Assembly: GCA_963764725.1 (NCBI GenBank)
Contig: CAVXTM010000012.1
Coordinates: 342,213 to 406,212, forward strand
Length of the DNA stretch: 64,000 nt
Reading direction: 5' to 3'
From: an uncultured Gammaproteobacteria bacterium
GTDB taxonomy: Bacteria > Pseudomonadota > Gammaproteobacteria > JACCXJ01
Part shown: piece after piece, positions 53,823 to 64,000 of the stretch
Layout of the letters: each line of letters starts with the position of its first letter
Position numbering within the stretch: the first letter of the stretch is position 1
The notes under the pieces: model-generated
Database searches by the model: none
The model's input: the letters and a program-made list of their open reading frames with translations, nothing else
What the model was told of the DNA's origin: nothing
Program-made: the position numbers and the translations under genes

Positions 53823-54416
53823 CTACCGTAATCCCGCGATATATGACGCCACAGCCTCGATTTCCGATTCAGACATTCTGGCGGCGATCGTCTGCATCGT
53901 CTGTCCGTTCCGCCGCTCCGAGGAGCGATAGGCGTTCAGTTGGTTGCGCGTGTAAGCGGCATGCTGACTGCTGAGGGCCGGAAACCCGGCCGCCGGATTA
54001 CCGGCGCCCGCGGGTCCATGACATGCCATACAGGCCGGGACCCCGGTGCTGGCGTTCCCGCCGCGATATAAGCGCTCACCCAATTCCACAAGCCCTGGGT
54101 CCGCCATCGCCGTTTGTCGTTTCTGAGCCGAGTAGAATTCCGCAATATCGGCGATGTCCGTTTCACTAAGCGGGGCCGCTATCGGACTCATTACCTCATT
54201 CTTGCGCGCTCCCGATTTGAAGTCGCGAAGCTGTTGCGCGAGATAATTCGGATGCTGGCCGGCGAGCTTTGGCCACTCGGGATTTTGGCTGTTTCCGCGC
54301 TCCCCGTGGCAGGCCGCGCACACCGCCGCCTTGGCCTCCCCCGGCGTCGGGTGCGCTTGCCCCTCGGCAGGGGCCAGCGCCAGTGCCACGACAAGGAAGG
54401 CTATAGATTCGCTCAT
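53823..54416 (-). CDS. Diheme cytochrome c4
   Basis: Signal peptide; CAACH and CMACH; PKLAGQH; conserved adjacency to dsbA. Confidence 0.92.
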   Translation of the reverse strand: MSESIAFLVVALALAPAEGQAHPTPGEAKAAVCAACHGERGNSQNPEWPKLAGQHPNYLAQQLRDFKSGARKNEVMSPIAAPLSETDIADIAEFYSAQKRQTAMADPGLVELGERLYRGGNASTGVPACMACHGPAGAGNPAAGFPALSSQHAAYTRNQLNAYRSSERRNGQTMQTIAARMSESEIEAVASYIAGLR

Positions 54417-54424
54417 GTAGTCAA

Positions 54425-54568
54425 GGGAACTAATACTAATGCGTCTTTTGTCCCGCTACTGCGTTGCGGTGCTTTCTGCGACGCTCATTAGCTATTCGTG
54501 TTAACTTTGCTTCTCGAACGCACCGCGCCTTGTCCAATGGCCAAAATCCAGCAATTTTAGAGGTCCCC
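54425..54568. repeat. MITE-like element with IS5-type ends
   Basis: Ends GGGAACTAAT... and ...TTTTAGAGGTCCC resemble the GGAACCTCT/AGAGGTTCC termini of the IS5 at 43464-44622; ~145 bp with no coding capacity. Confidence 0.4.
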
Positions 54569-55045
54569 TTCAAGATAGCTTTTTTTCTGATTGGTCGAAG
54601 GATACAACATGCCTTCGCGGCTTGACATCCGGCAGCACGAAGTTTGCGCGGGGCAGCGGACCCGGCGGTAGGAAAAAAAAGGCCTCGGTGCAACTAGGGG
54701 AGAAATACTTACCGAGGCCAACTTGGCCCGGTTGGGGATACCGGGCAGAAAGTCCCGCTCAGGGAGGGAGAGCGGGAACGTTCATAACGAACGTAACTGC
54801 TAAGACGCGGGGGCTCGCGGAAAGTTCCAACGACGCTGTCCCGGCCGCGCTCCGCCAGCATGCTTATTCACCGGCCACCGATTGCGATCCCAGCACTGAA
54901 CGCGCGCCTCACGGATCTCGATTAATCACATGACAAAAATTATTTAACCCATTATAAATAAGCTAGAAAATAGAAATACAATTGAATATTCGCTAATTCC
55001 GCCGCCGGTCAAGCGGCGTGCGAGAATGGCCGCATTCAAAACGAA

Positions 55046-55080
55046 TAGTCCACAAAGTTATCCACAGATTTTGCGGATTA
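55046..55080. promoter_or_regulatory. Three-DnaA-box cluster (DARS-core-like)
   Basis: TAGTCCACA-aag-TTATCCACA-gattt-TGCGGATTA: one perfect box and two 2-mismatch boxes, the third inverted, in an AT-rich intergenic region. Confidence 0.55.
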
Positions 55081-55195
55081 ATGGGTTTAGTCAAGCGAGT
55101 ACAGAATGTTACAAATATTACATAAAAAAGACGTTCAACATAGTTCCTAAATTTGAGAATGCTAAGAGAATATCTCAATCCCCATGCGGTCGATA

Positions 55196-55660
55196 TCACA
55201 TCTCGGGGAGCGGTAAGCGGAACAGGAGATGCAAGCGATTCTTCTCTCCGCGGCGCTCGTAGTGACAGCGGTCGGAGAACTCACGGATCATATGCACTCC
55301 CCAGCCACCGATTTTTGCCTCGGCAAGGGTTGATGGACGCACTAAGACCGGAACGCTCAACGGATCGAAGGCAATACCGTCGTCCTCGACCTCCAAGGCA
55401 AGAGAATCCGCATCGTAGCTGATCTTCACATCGATTTGGTGGGGTCCTTGATCGGAATATCCGTAGCTAATGATGTTATGCACCGCCTCTTCTAAACAGA
55501 GGTCCAACCGGGACGTGATGTCGTCCGGCAAAGCGAGGCGATAACTGATATCCCGGACCCACTGCCCCAACCGCCGCATCTCGGAAGTGTCGTTGATGAC
55601 ACTAACGGCAAAGTAATCCAAAAAAACTTTCCCCGGTGAGATAGCGCCTAGGTTCAACAA
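55196..55660 (-). CDS. RsbW-like anti-sigma factor / Ser kinase (HATPase_c_2)
   Basis: EEAVHNII, EDDGIAFDP, GGWGVHMI; start uncertain. Confidence 0.85.
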   Translation of the reverse strand: MLNLGAISPGKVFLDYFAVSVINDTSEMRRLGQWVRDISYRLALPDDITSRLDLCLEEAVHNIISYGYSDQGPHQIDVKISYDADSLALEVEDDGIAFDPLSVPVLVRPSTLAEAKIGGWGVHMIREFSDRCHYERRGEKNRLHLLFRLPLPEM

Positions 55661-55686
55661 CCCTCCCGAGACCGGGCCGGGTGCGT

Positions 55687-56031
55687 TTAGGCTTGCTGAA
55701 ATAGTTGCAGCGCAGATTCGATATCGTCACATAGAGGAATCAACGTATCGATGCCGGTGATCACGAGCGTTTTTCTTACCATCGGGTCGGGCTTGAATAT
55801 GACCATCTTGTGACCTCGCCGGTTGAGCGCCTTGGCGTTTGATAACAGCATTCGGATAGCGATAGAGGCGAGGAAGCTGACCGCGGACATGTCAACGACC
55901 ACACCGGACTTGGCGCTCGCGGTCACTGCCGTAAAGTGAAGGTCCACGGCATCGGTTCCCGCGATGTCCAAGCGGCCGGCAAGAATGACCTTCATGATAC
56001 CGTCGCGGAGCTGCTCAGTTTGCAATTCCAT
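55687..56031 (-). CDS. STAS anti-sigma-factor antagonist (RsbV-like)
   Basis: GRLD, VDMSAVSFLAS, L.ITGID. Confidence 0.85.
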   Translation of the reverse strand: MELQTEQLRDGIMKVILAGRLDIAGTDAVDLHFTAVTASAKSGVVVDMSAVSFLASIAIRMLLSNAKALNRRGHKMVIFKPDPMVRKTLVITGIDTLIPLCDDIESALQLFQQA

Positions 56032-56181
56032 GATCTATCCTCGGCCGTTGGGGGTACGCATGCGGTATAGTGTTTGTGCGCCGCCAGAGGCTAACGCTAG
56101 AAACTAAGATACCGATTTTACATCCGATCAGCAACAGACCCGAGACCACCACCGGTTCTGGGGTAAATTGCGTCTCGTTCG

Positions 56182-57945
56182 ATGAAAACCTCGCTCATCC
56201 AGCACCGCGTCGCCGACTTCCTCAAGCAGTATCCACCCTGTTGCTACATGGAGGCACCCAACCTCCTCGCCCTTGCCGGCAGTGGGCGGGTCAGCTTCCA
56301 CGAAAGCGGCGAATTCATTTTCCGCGAAGGCCAGGAGCGCAGGCCGTTCATTTGGGTCATCCAACAAGGCCAGGTCGAGCTGTTGGGCCCGCATCTTGTC
56401 GATCTCCTCGGCGCCGGCGATCTCCTCGGTCTCGGCCAGTTCCTCGGCCACCCCGCTCATCGCCACTCCGCCCGTACCGCAAGCGACGTGATCCTTTATG
56501 CCCTCGATGCCGTAATTTTCGAGCGCATGGTCCACGAATACCCGCAAGCATCGGCCTACCTCGGCGCACACTTCTCGTTACGCGCCCCTTCCATAGAGGA
56601 GAAAACCTCTTCGATCGACCAAGCCAGCCCGCCAGCGCACCTGCTTGCCTGCCCGCCGGAGACGCCCATCCGCGAAGCGGCCCGCATCCTATCCCGTCAT
56701 CATGCCGACGCAATTGCCGTCATCGGCGTCGGCGGCAAACCGCTCGGCCTCATCACCACTCGGCAGCTCAGCGATCGAGTCGCCACCGGGGACCTCTCCA
56801 TCGACGCCCGCTGCGACGCCCTGATGCAGCCCGTGGTCACCGCCCGCGCAGACATCAGCCTCGGCGCCTCGATGCTCGAAATGGTGCGCACCGGCGCGCC
56901 CTGCCTCGCCATCACCCGCGACGGCAGCAGCGATTCCGAGCTTGCCGGTCTCCTCACCGCCTCGGATCTCGCCCTGTTCTGCGGTAATCACCCCGCGTTG
57001 CTCCTCGAAGAGGTGCGGAATGCAGACTCCCTCGGCAATCTCGCACGCCTGCGCGCTCGTGCCGCATCGCTCGTTGCCGAAGGGCTCACCGGCGCGCCGA
57101 CCGTGAGCTGGTTCACCGAGTATGCGAGCGAGTTTCTGCGCGCCCTCTTCGCTCGCCTCGTGATGCTCACCCGAGGGGATCATCCGGATTGTTGCTGGCT
57201 CTTTTTCGGCAGCGCCGCGCGCAAAGAGATCTTGACGCCCACCGCCCCCGAGTGCGGCCTCGTCTATGGGCATGGCCCGCCCGAGGCCTTCCTCGCGCTC
57301 GCGAGTGAAGTCGCCGCCGGACTGGAACGCCGCGGACTTTCGCGCGCGCCCCGTCCCGGCCGTCTTGCCGCTCGCCGCATGGAAGGAGTTTTATTCTCAG
57401 ACCATCACCGATCCGATCGTGAATTCGGTCTATGACTCGCGCTCGCGCTTCGACCTCCTTGCCGCCTGCGGCAACCCGTCGCTCGCCGCAGATCTCTTCC
57501 GCCACATCAGCGCCGAGCTCGAACGCCACCCGGTACTCATCGCCGTGCTCGCCGACGACTCGATGGTCAATCTTCCGCCGCTGACCTTTTTCAGGATCGT
57601 GGTCGAGCTCGACGGGGCCCGCACGCAGACCCTCAATCTCGCGCGCACCGCTCTCGACCCCCTGGTCAACGTCGGCCGCGTCTTCGGTCTCGCTCGCAAT
57701 GAGATTTCCGTGACCGCCACGCTGAGCGCCTCGCGCGCGCCGGCGAGTCTCTCCCGCGCCATCAAGCGCTGTTCCTTGATGCCGCCGAAGCCTTTCGCAT
57801 CGCTCTCTATCGGCAGGGCCGACTGGGCTCCGCGAAGCGAGCGACGGCGTCAACATCCACCCCGCCATGCTGAGCCGGATCGATCGGCAGCTCCTCAAAA
57901 GCGCGTTCCGCTCCATCCACCAATTATTGGAATTTACCTGGTCGC
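56182..57945 (+). CDS. cNMP-CBS-DUF294 nucleotidyltransferase-like protein, multiply frameshifted
   Basis: cNMP domain (FREG, VIQQGQVEL, GDLLG), CBS pair, WLFFGSAARKE, then PPLTFF and DRQLLKSAFRSI in shifted frames. Confidence 0.75.
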
Positions 57946-58624
57946 ACAAGACTCCATCGCACGCCTGTGGCGCGGGCTTCGCTTCGAGTACTGCGCTTGT
58001 TTCGACCGCACCTGGACCGATGACACGCCCGCCGAGCGCGTGCGTTTCGTCGTTCTGGATTCGGAAACCACCGGACTCGACCCCAAGCGTGACCGGCTCA
58101 TCAGCCTCGGCGCCGTCGCTGTCTTGCAAGGGGAAATTCACCTGGCCGATGCCTTTGAGACACTGCTCACCGTCGCTTACAACAGCGCTTCGGTCACCGT
58201 GCACGGCCTCACGCGCGACCAGGCCCACGACGGTCTCGGCGAACCCGAGGCGCTCGAGCAATTTATTGCCTACCTCAAGGACGGCGTCATCGTCGGCCAC
58301 CACATAGGACACGACATCGCCGTCCTTAATGCGGCCTGCGGGCGTCACTTCGGCTTCGCACTGCGCAACCGCTGGATCGACACCATGGACCTGACGCTCC
58401 ACCTCGAGCGCGACGGTGCCTTCGCCGGCGGCGCCGAAATCAAGAGCTTCTCCCTCGATGCACTCTGCCAACGTTTCGGCGTCATACCCCACGACCGCCA
58501 CACCGCGGGCGGTGACGCCTTCCTCACCGCCCAGGTGTTCCTGAAGCTCCTGCGCCTCGCGCAGCGATCGGGCCGCCGCACTCTCGCCGCGCTCACTGAA
58601 CGCTACGTTGCAGACGAGCATTGA
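57940..58624 (+). CDS. DEDDh 3'-5' exonuclease (DNA pol III epsilon-like); start uncertain
   Basis: VVLDSETTGLD, VGHHIGHD, DT, SLDALC, RHTAGGDA; usual partner of DUF294. Confidence 0.85.
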
Positions 58625-58633
58625 GGCGGCTGG

Positions 58634-58674
58634 ACCCGCGCGTGTAGCGGTCGATCCGGCTAGCGGGTTTTTTT
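58634..58674 (+). terminator. Possible intrinsic terminator
   Basis: ACCCGC...GCGGGT stem followed by a T run just after the exonuclease stop. Confidence 0.4.
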
Positions 58675-58736
58675 GGGGGTGTCAAATCGTGCCGCTGAGG
58701 GACTCTCGATAACAGCCGGGACGGTAGAGCGCCGAG

Positions 58737-59190
58737 CTAATGCGAAGCGTCTAGCGGACTGGTTACCCCACGCCCGCCCCGGTTGAGCACATGGGTATAG
58801 ATCATGGTGGTACTCACGTCCTGATGGCCGAGCAGCTCTTGCACCGTGCGAATGTCATAGCCGGCCTCCAGTAGATCGGTCGCAAAGGAATGGCGAAAGG
58901 TGTGGCAGGTCGCCGGTTTTGCTATTCGAGAGGCGCGCACGGCGCTTTTCACCGCCCGTTGCAGTGACTTCTCGTCGATGTGATGACGCCGCTCCTTCCC
59001 GGAACGCGGGTCAACCGAGCGCTTGGAGGCCCGGGAACATACTGCCAGCCCCACTCCCTGGCGGCATTTTGGTACTTTTTCTCCAAGGCAAACGGCAAGT
59101 AGACCTCGCCAAAGCCCTCGGCCAGATTTTTCTCGTGGATGGCCCGCACCTTCTCCAGATGGTTCTTCGAGCGAACTCGAGCCCGTTTCA
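58737..59190 (-). pseudogene. intI: Integron integrase, C-terminal fragment, frameshifted
   Basis: IntI-specific insertion ([18 protein letters not shown]...EWGWQY; SVDPRSG..RRHH) and [46 protein letters not shown]; N-terminal half absent. Confidence 0.85.
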
Positions 59191-59272
59191 TGAACTTGTT
59201 CTTGGCTTGTCTCCAGTCGGAGTTTCGTCATGAGAAGAAGGCGGTGCCGCATCTATTCATCGATCAAACGAC

Positions 59273-59900
59273 GTGGTCACCGACCGGCGCCTCCTCGACC
59301 AGCAGATCAAGGACACCATCAAGCAGTTCGCGCAGGTGGGCGCGATTATGGGCCACGCCGAGCATTCCGGCGATCTGCGCAGGTTCATCGCCGCAGGGAA
59401 GAAGATCATCATCTCCACGGTGCAGAAGTTCCCGTTCATCTTGGACGAGATCGGCAGCGAGCACCGCGGGCGGAGTTTCGCGATCGACATGGACAGCTAC
59501 CGGGTCGAGAAGCGGGCGGCGGCGAAGATCCAGCTCCCGGACACGGACGCGGAGATCGAGGCGATCCAGGCCGCTGGCGGCGGACGCAAGCCCGAACCGA
59601 AGCTCGACCGCCTCTCGAACATCCTCAAGACCTTCAACGACCAGTTCGGCAACATCCCGTGGACTGACGCCGACCGCGTGCACAAGCTGATCACCGAGGA
59701 CATCCCGAATCGCGTCGCAGCCGATACGGCCTACCAGAACGCGAAGAAGAACTCGGATAAGCAGAACGCTCGCATCGAGCACGACAAGGCGCTCGCGCGC
59801 GTGATGACGGCGGTGCTGAAGCACGCTCTTCAAGCAGTTCATGGACAACGAGTCGTTCCGGCGGTGGATGACCGACACGGTCTTCGGGCTTACCTACGAA
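59273..59900 (+). pseudogene. hsdR: Type I restriction enzyme R subunit remnant with a large internal deletion
   Basis: VVTDRRLLDQQI...ISTVQKFPFI...RSFAI fused directly to C-terminal DMDSYRVEK...LSNILKTFNDQFGNI.W, and LFKQFMDNESF in another frame. Confidence 0.75.
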
Positions 59901-60067
59901 TCATCGGGGGAAGGTCCGCGAGCGAGCATGCGACGCAGCGATCGGGATCTCCGGTAGATTCATGCACAATTTCCCGAGAAGCTCTCAAGAACGACTCGAG
60001 CGGTTGACGCGGCGAGTTTACTCGCTAAAAATGATGCCTTTGTGCACTGCGGCAATTGTTGACCCGA

Positions 60068-61230
60068 ATGCGACCCGCCGTACGCCCGACGCGACCGTTT
60101 TTCTCTTCGGGGCCTTGCGCCAAACGGCCCGGTTGGAGCCCGGAGGTACTGGCGGGCTCGCTACCGGCCGTTCACACCGATCTCGCGCGGGCAAGGCTAA
60201 GCTTACGGAAGTCTTGGAGCGTACACGTTCGCTCTTGCGATTGCCGGACGGTTACCGCATCGGCCTCGTCCCGGCTTCGGATACGGGGGCCGTGGAAGCG
60301 GCGTTGTGGTCGTTGCTCGGGGCGCGCGGCGTGGATTGTCTCGGCTGGGACAGCTTCGGACACAGCTGGCAGCGGGAAATAGTTGATGAGTTGCGGATCC
60401 AGGACGTTCGCTGCCTGAGCGCCGATTACGGCGCGCTGCCCGATCTCACCGAGGTTGACTTCGATCGTGACGTCGTGTTCGTCTGGAACGGCACGACCTC
60501 GGGAGTCAAGGTGCCCAATGGTGACTGGATCGCCGATGCGCGCACTGGGCTCACCGTCTGCGACGCTACCTCGGCCGTATTCTCGGTCGATCTCCCCTGG
60601 CCCAAGCTCGATGTGACCACGTTCTCGTGGCAGAAGGTGCTCGGCGGCGAGGCTCAGCACGGCATGATCGTGTTGAGCCCGCGCGCGGTCAGCAGGCTGA
60701 GGAATACACACCTCCGTGGCCCGTTCCGAAGGTGTTGAGCCTCAAGAGCAGAGGCCGGATCAATGAGGATATTTTTAGCGGCGGCGCGACCAACACGCCC
60801 TCGCTGCTCTGCGTGGAAGACTATCTAGACGCGTTGCGCTGGGCAGAAATGGCCGGGGGCGCAGCCTGCGTCATGCGACGTTGCTCCCAAAACTTCGCTG
60901 CGCTCGCCGCGTGGGTGGAACGGACCCCGTGGATTGAGTCTCCTGGCTACGCTACCCGCCACGCGCTCGACGACTTCTGGCTGCCCCAGATTCGACGCCC
61001 GTGGTTCACTGCGCAGCCGGATCCAAAGCGCCGGGAGCTTGTACATGATCTTTGCAGCTTGCTGGAGGCCGAGGGTGTCGCCTTCGACATCGCTGCTCAC
61101 CGGAACGCGCCCCCGGGTATTCGCATCTGGCGCGGGCTACGGTGGAAATCACGGACCTCGTGGCGGTGCTCCCGTGGTTGGAATGGGGAATCGAGTGCTG
61201 CAGGCAACCGCAATCGAGATCAGGAAATGA
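60068..61230 (+). CDS. serC: Phosphoserine aminotransferase ([10 protein letters not shown] type), multiply frameshifted
   Basis: [76 protein letters not shown]. Confidence 0.85.
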
Positions 61231-62809
61231 CGCGGGTGCTCATCGCCGAAGCGATCGCGCCGGACGGCATTGCTTACCTTAGGTCGCGTCCGGGATCGAA
61301 GTGGATGCTCCCAGCGGATCGGATTATGCCGATCTCTCCGCACGGCTCCAAGGTTGCGATGCTTTGATTGTGCGTAGCGCGACGCGCGTGACCGGGGCGC
61401 TCCTAGCCAAAGCGCCGCGGCTCAAGGTGATCGGCCGGGGCGGGGATCTGGGGTAGACAATATCGATGTCGGCGCGGCCACCGAACGCGGCATCGTGGTG
61501 TTGAACACCCCAGATGCCAACGCCACGACCACTGCCGAGTTAACGGTCGCGCATCTCTTGTCGCTCAGTCGCCATCTCCCGCAAGCCGATCGATCCGTGC
61601 GCGCCACGGAGTGGAAACGAACCCAATTCATGGGCACGGAGGTCGCCTGGCAAGACCATAGGCAACGATCGGCTTCGGCGCCATTGGGCGGGTGGTAGCG
61701 TCACGCTGTCTCGGGCTCAAGATGCGCGTCATCGCTTACGATCCCATGGTGACGCACGAGGTGATGCTGCACGAAGGCGTCGAAGCGATCGCGCTCCAGG
61801 AACTGCTCGAACAATCCGACTATGTGAGCCTACATTGTCCCCTCAACGACAAGACTCGCGGTCTCATCAACGCCGTAGCGCTTGGCGCGCATGCGGGGGC
61901 GCGCGGCTCATCAATTGTGCCCGCGGCGGCCTGGTTGACGAGGCGGCGCTGCTCAAGGCCTCGACAAGGGGCAGCTCGCCGGCGCCGCGTTGGACGTCTT
62001 TGAGCGAGAACCCCCGCTCGGATCACCTCTCATCGAACATCCGAAAATCGTGCTAACACCACATCTTGGCGCCTCCACGGCTGAGGCTCAAATCGCTGCG
62101 GGTCTCGCCATCGCCAAGCAAGTCGCGCAATTTCTGGAAACCGGAGAGGCGATCAACGCAGTCAACCTACCCCGGATCCCGGCCAGGATCTCAAGCGCCT
62201 GCACCCTTATCTGGCGCTGGCCCGCCGCCTCGGGAGGGTGCTGGCGGCCTTAGCCTCCAGCCCTTGACCCGCGTCAGGGGAAACATTAAGGGGGCGCGCG
62301 GCCGAGCTCGATTCGCGGCCGCTGTCAAGCGAACTCTTGGTAGGTCTACTGGAAAGCGAGCTCTCAATCCCGGTGAATCGCGTAAACGCGTGTCATCTCG
62401 CGCACCGTCAGGGGATCTCGCTAGTCGAAAGCCGCTCCGAGGAGACCGAGGAATATGTGTCGCTAATCACCGCGGCGGGACACTACGACGGCGGATCAAC
62501 CTCGGTCGCGGGAACGCTGATCGGTGACAGACAACACCTCCGTCTCGTCCGCATCGACGACTACGAAGTGGAAACCGTGCTCGAATACCTTATTAATCAC
62601 GCGCCACGAGGATCGTCCAGGCGTGATCGGGGCCTTGGGTACCTTGCTCGGCCAGGATAATGTCAACATCTCACGCATGCAGGTCGGCATCGCACAGGGC
62701 CCCGAGGCAATCGCGGGTGATCGGGATCTCGCGGCCGTTACCGCAAACCACGCGCGATCGAATCGCGCAGCTCCTGGCCATCCACCAGGTATTTCAAGTC
62801 AGCTTGTAA
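61227..62809 (+). CDS. serA: D-3-phosphoglycerate dehydrogenase with C-terminal regulatory (ACT) region, multiply frameshifted
   Basis: LIVRSATRVT, GVDNIDV, VLNTP.AN, IGFGAIG, SLHCPL, INCARGG, DVFEREP, TPHLGAST.EAQ, DRPGVIG...NISRMQVG, spread over several frames. Confidence 0.85.
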
Positions 62810-62822
62810 TCCGCCGGGCTGT

Positions 62823-63506
62823 ATGGCGGCGCGTGCCGGGTTTGAGGTTATTTTTTTCGATTGCGACAGCACCTTGAGCTCGATCGAGGGCATTGATGCG
62901 CTCGCGCGCGTGTGGTCCCGCCAGCAGGAGATTAGCGCGCTCACGCATGCGGCCATGGACGGGGAACAACCCCTCTCAGATTTTTATCTACGGCCGGCGC
63001 CTTGAGACGCTCCGGCCGGACCGCCAGGCGATCGCCTGTTAGGAAATCAGTATGTGGCCGCGAAAGTGCCGGAAGCGAGGGCGGTGGTAGCCGCATTGAT
63101 CTCCTCGGCAAAGAAGTGCATATCGTCAGCGGCGGGGTCGCCAGGCGGTCGTGCCGCTCGCCGCCGTCCTCTCCATCCCTCTCGCGTGCGTGCATGCCGT
63201 GGATGTGTTTCATGATGCGTCCGGTAACTACACCGGTTAATGACGCATCCTCACCCCTGACGCGCTCCAGAGGAAAAGGCGCCGTTTGCCACCGCGTGGC
63301 AAAAGGCCGCCGTGGGGCGATCGTCGGGGGCTGGGATCACGGATCTCGATCCCCGGCGCCTACGGTATCTTCACCGTCGGTTTCGGGGGGATAGTCCTGG
63401 CGCGGTGCAGCGCCGCGCCGATGCTTACGTCGCCGATCGCGCCTTGACCGGGGTGCCTCAGTTTCTCCTCACCCGCGAAGAATTTCGGCGACTGCCGACA
63501 GCGTGA
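62823..63506 (+). CDS. serB: HAD phosphoserine phosphatase, frameshifted
   Basis: FDCDSTLSSIEGIDAL (DxD motif I), T..AMDG, IVSGG; follows serC-serA. Confidence 0.75.
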
Positions 63507-63529
63507 CTAAAAATGATAGCTCAATCGCA

Positions 63530-64000
63530 CTAAATGGAAATTGATGCCGGGGTTACAATCGCCGATCCCGGCATTGGATGGATGCTGATACCGGTACCCA
63601 ATCTCTGTATTGGCCCTCGTGCCCGAAGCGTATACCGGCCCCCCCAGCTTGATCCGAAAGCGAATTCCGTATCGAAGTTCTTGTCCCCAATCTCGGTATC
63701 CGTCATGCCGTGGACGCCGACGGCCGCTTCTAGATAGGGCAGTACGCCATAGATCGGCGTTTGTGTCTGCCAGCGAAAGACCGGTGTCAAGCCGAACTCC
63801 CCCAAGGAGTCGTTACCGGTAAGGCCATCGTCCCCGTCCCAGTAACTGGCGCTTAGCTCCCAATACCCGCCGAGATGCCAGTCTCCCAGCGGCAGCCATT
63901 GCACCCCCCAATCCCATTGCAACGCCATCCCTGACCGGTTAATCCCGTCATCACCGCTGCCGCCTTCGACTGCGACGGCATCGAGCGCGCATACAGGCTG
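63530..64000 (-). CDS. PagL-like lipid A 3-O-deacylase (acyloxyacyl hydrolase), 5' end outside window, frameshifted near the 3' end
   Basis: LQWDWG..W, GGYWELSASYW, GLTPVFR, PYLEAAVG; shifted frame gives YQHPSNAGI...NPGIN (H-x-S-N-A catalytic motif). Confidence 0.75.
   Translation of the reverse strand, partial: QPVCALDAVAVEGGSGDDGINRSGMALQWDWGVQWLPLGDWHLGGYWELSASYWDGDDGLTGNDSLGEFGLTPVFRWQTQTPIYGVLPYLEAAVGVHGMTDTEIGDKNFDTEFAFGSSWGGRYTLRARGPIQRLGTGISIHPMPGSAIVTPASISI

Noticed and set aside
54930-55170. oriC
   Set aside because: Only one perfect DnaA box, and no dnaA/gidA/parAB nearby; treated as DARS-like instead.
1-64000. CRISPR arrays, tRNA/rRNA genes, attC cassette arrays, riboswitches
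   Set aside because: No regularly spaced repeats or recognisable RNA-gene signatures found by eye; a covariance-model scan would be needed to exclude them fully.

Overview
Bacterial window, probably a gammaproteobacterium (purF-cvpA, cytochrome c4-dsbA, DUF3301). Positions 1 to ~41.4 kb form one co-oriented minus-strand biosynthetic region. In transcription order it encodes: an oxalate-CoA-ligase-like adenylation enzyme fused to a carrier domain; an oxalyl-CoA-decarboxylase/HACL-like ThDP enzyme; FAAL-like-ACP; C-A-T; an IS pile-up (IS200 interrupted by IS1380, plus IS5); A(Asp)-T; C-A(Thr)-T-TE; A(Ser)[FkbM-MT]-T-sulfotransferase; KS-AT-ACP-aminotransferase-MT-C-A(Ser)-T-TE; an Sfp-type PPTase; DUF4910; an OM beta-barrel; a short OPX/Wza; an inositol-monophosphatase-family enzyme; and an NDP-sugar C-methyltransferase that runs off the left edge. 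Both assembly lines end in near-identical (~1.13 kb direct repeat) T-TE units whose nucleophile is Cys in a non-canonical S-D-C-V-S motif. The right third is mostly housekeeping (SRAP, IS5, ABC transporter, purF, cvpA, trpD, dsbA, c4, RsbV/W-like pair, DUF294/exonuclease, serC-serA-serB, pagL-like). It also has a DARS-like DnaA-box trio and decayed integron-integrase and hsdR fragments. Frameshifts are dense beyond ~57 kb, most likely from long-read consensus errors. All substrate and domain calls come from motifs read by eye, not from database searches.
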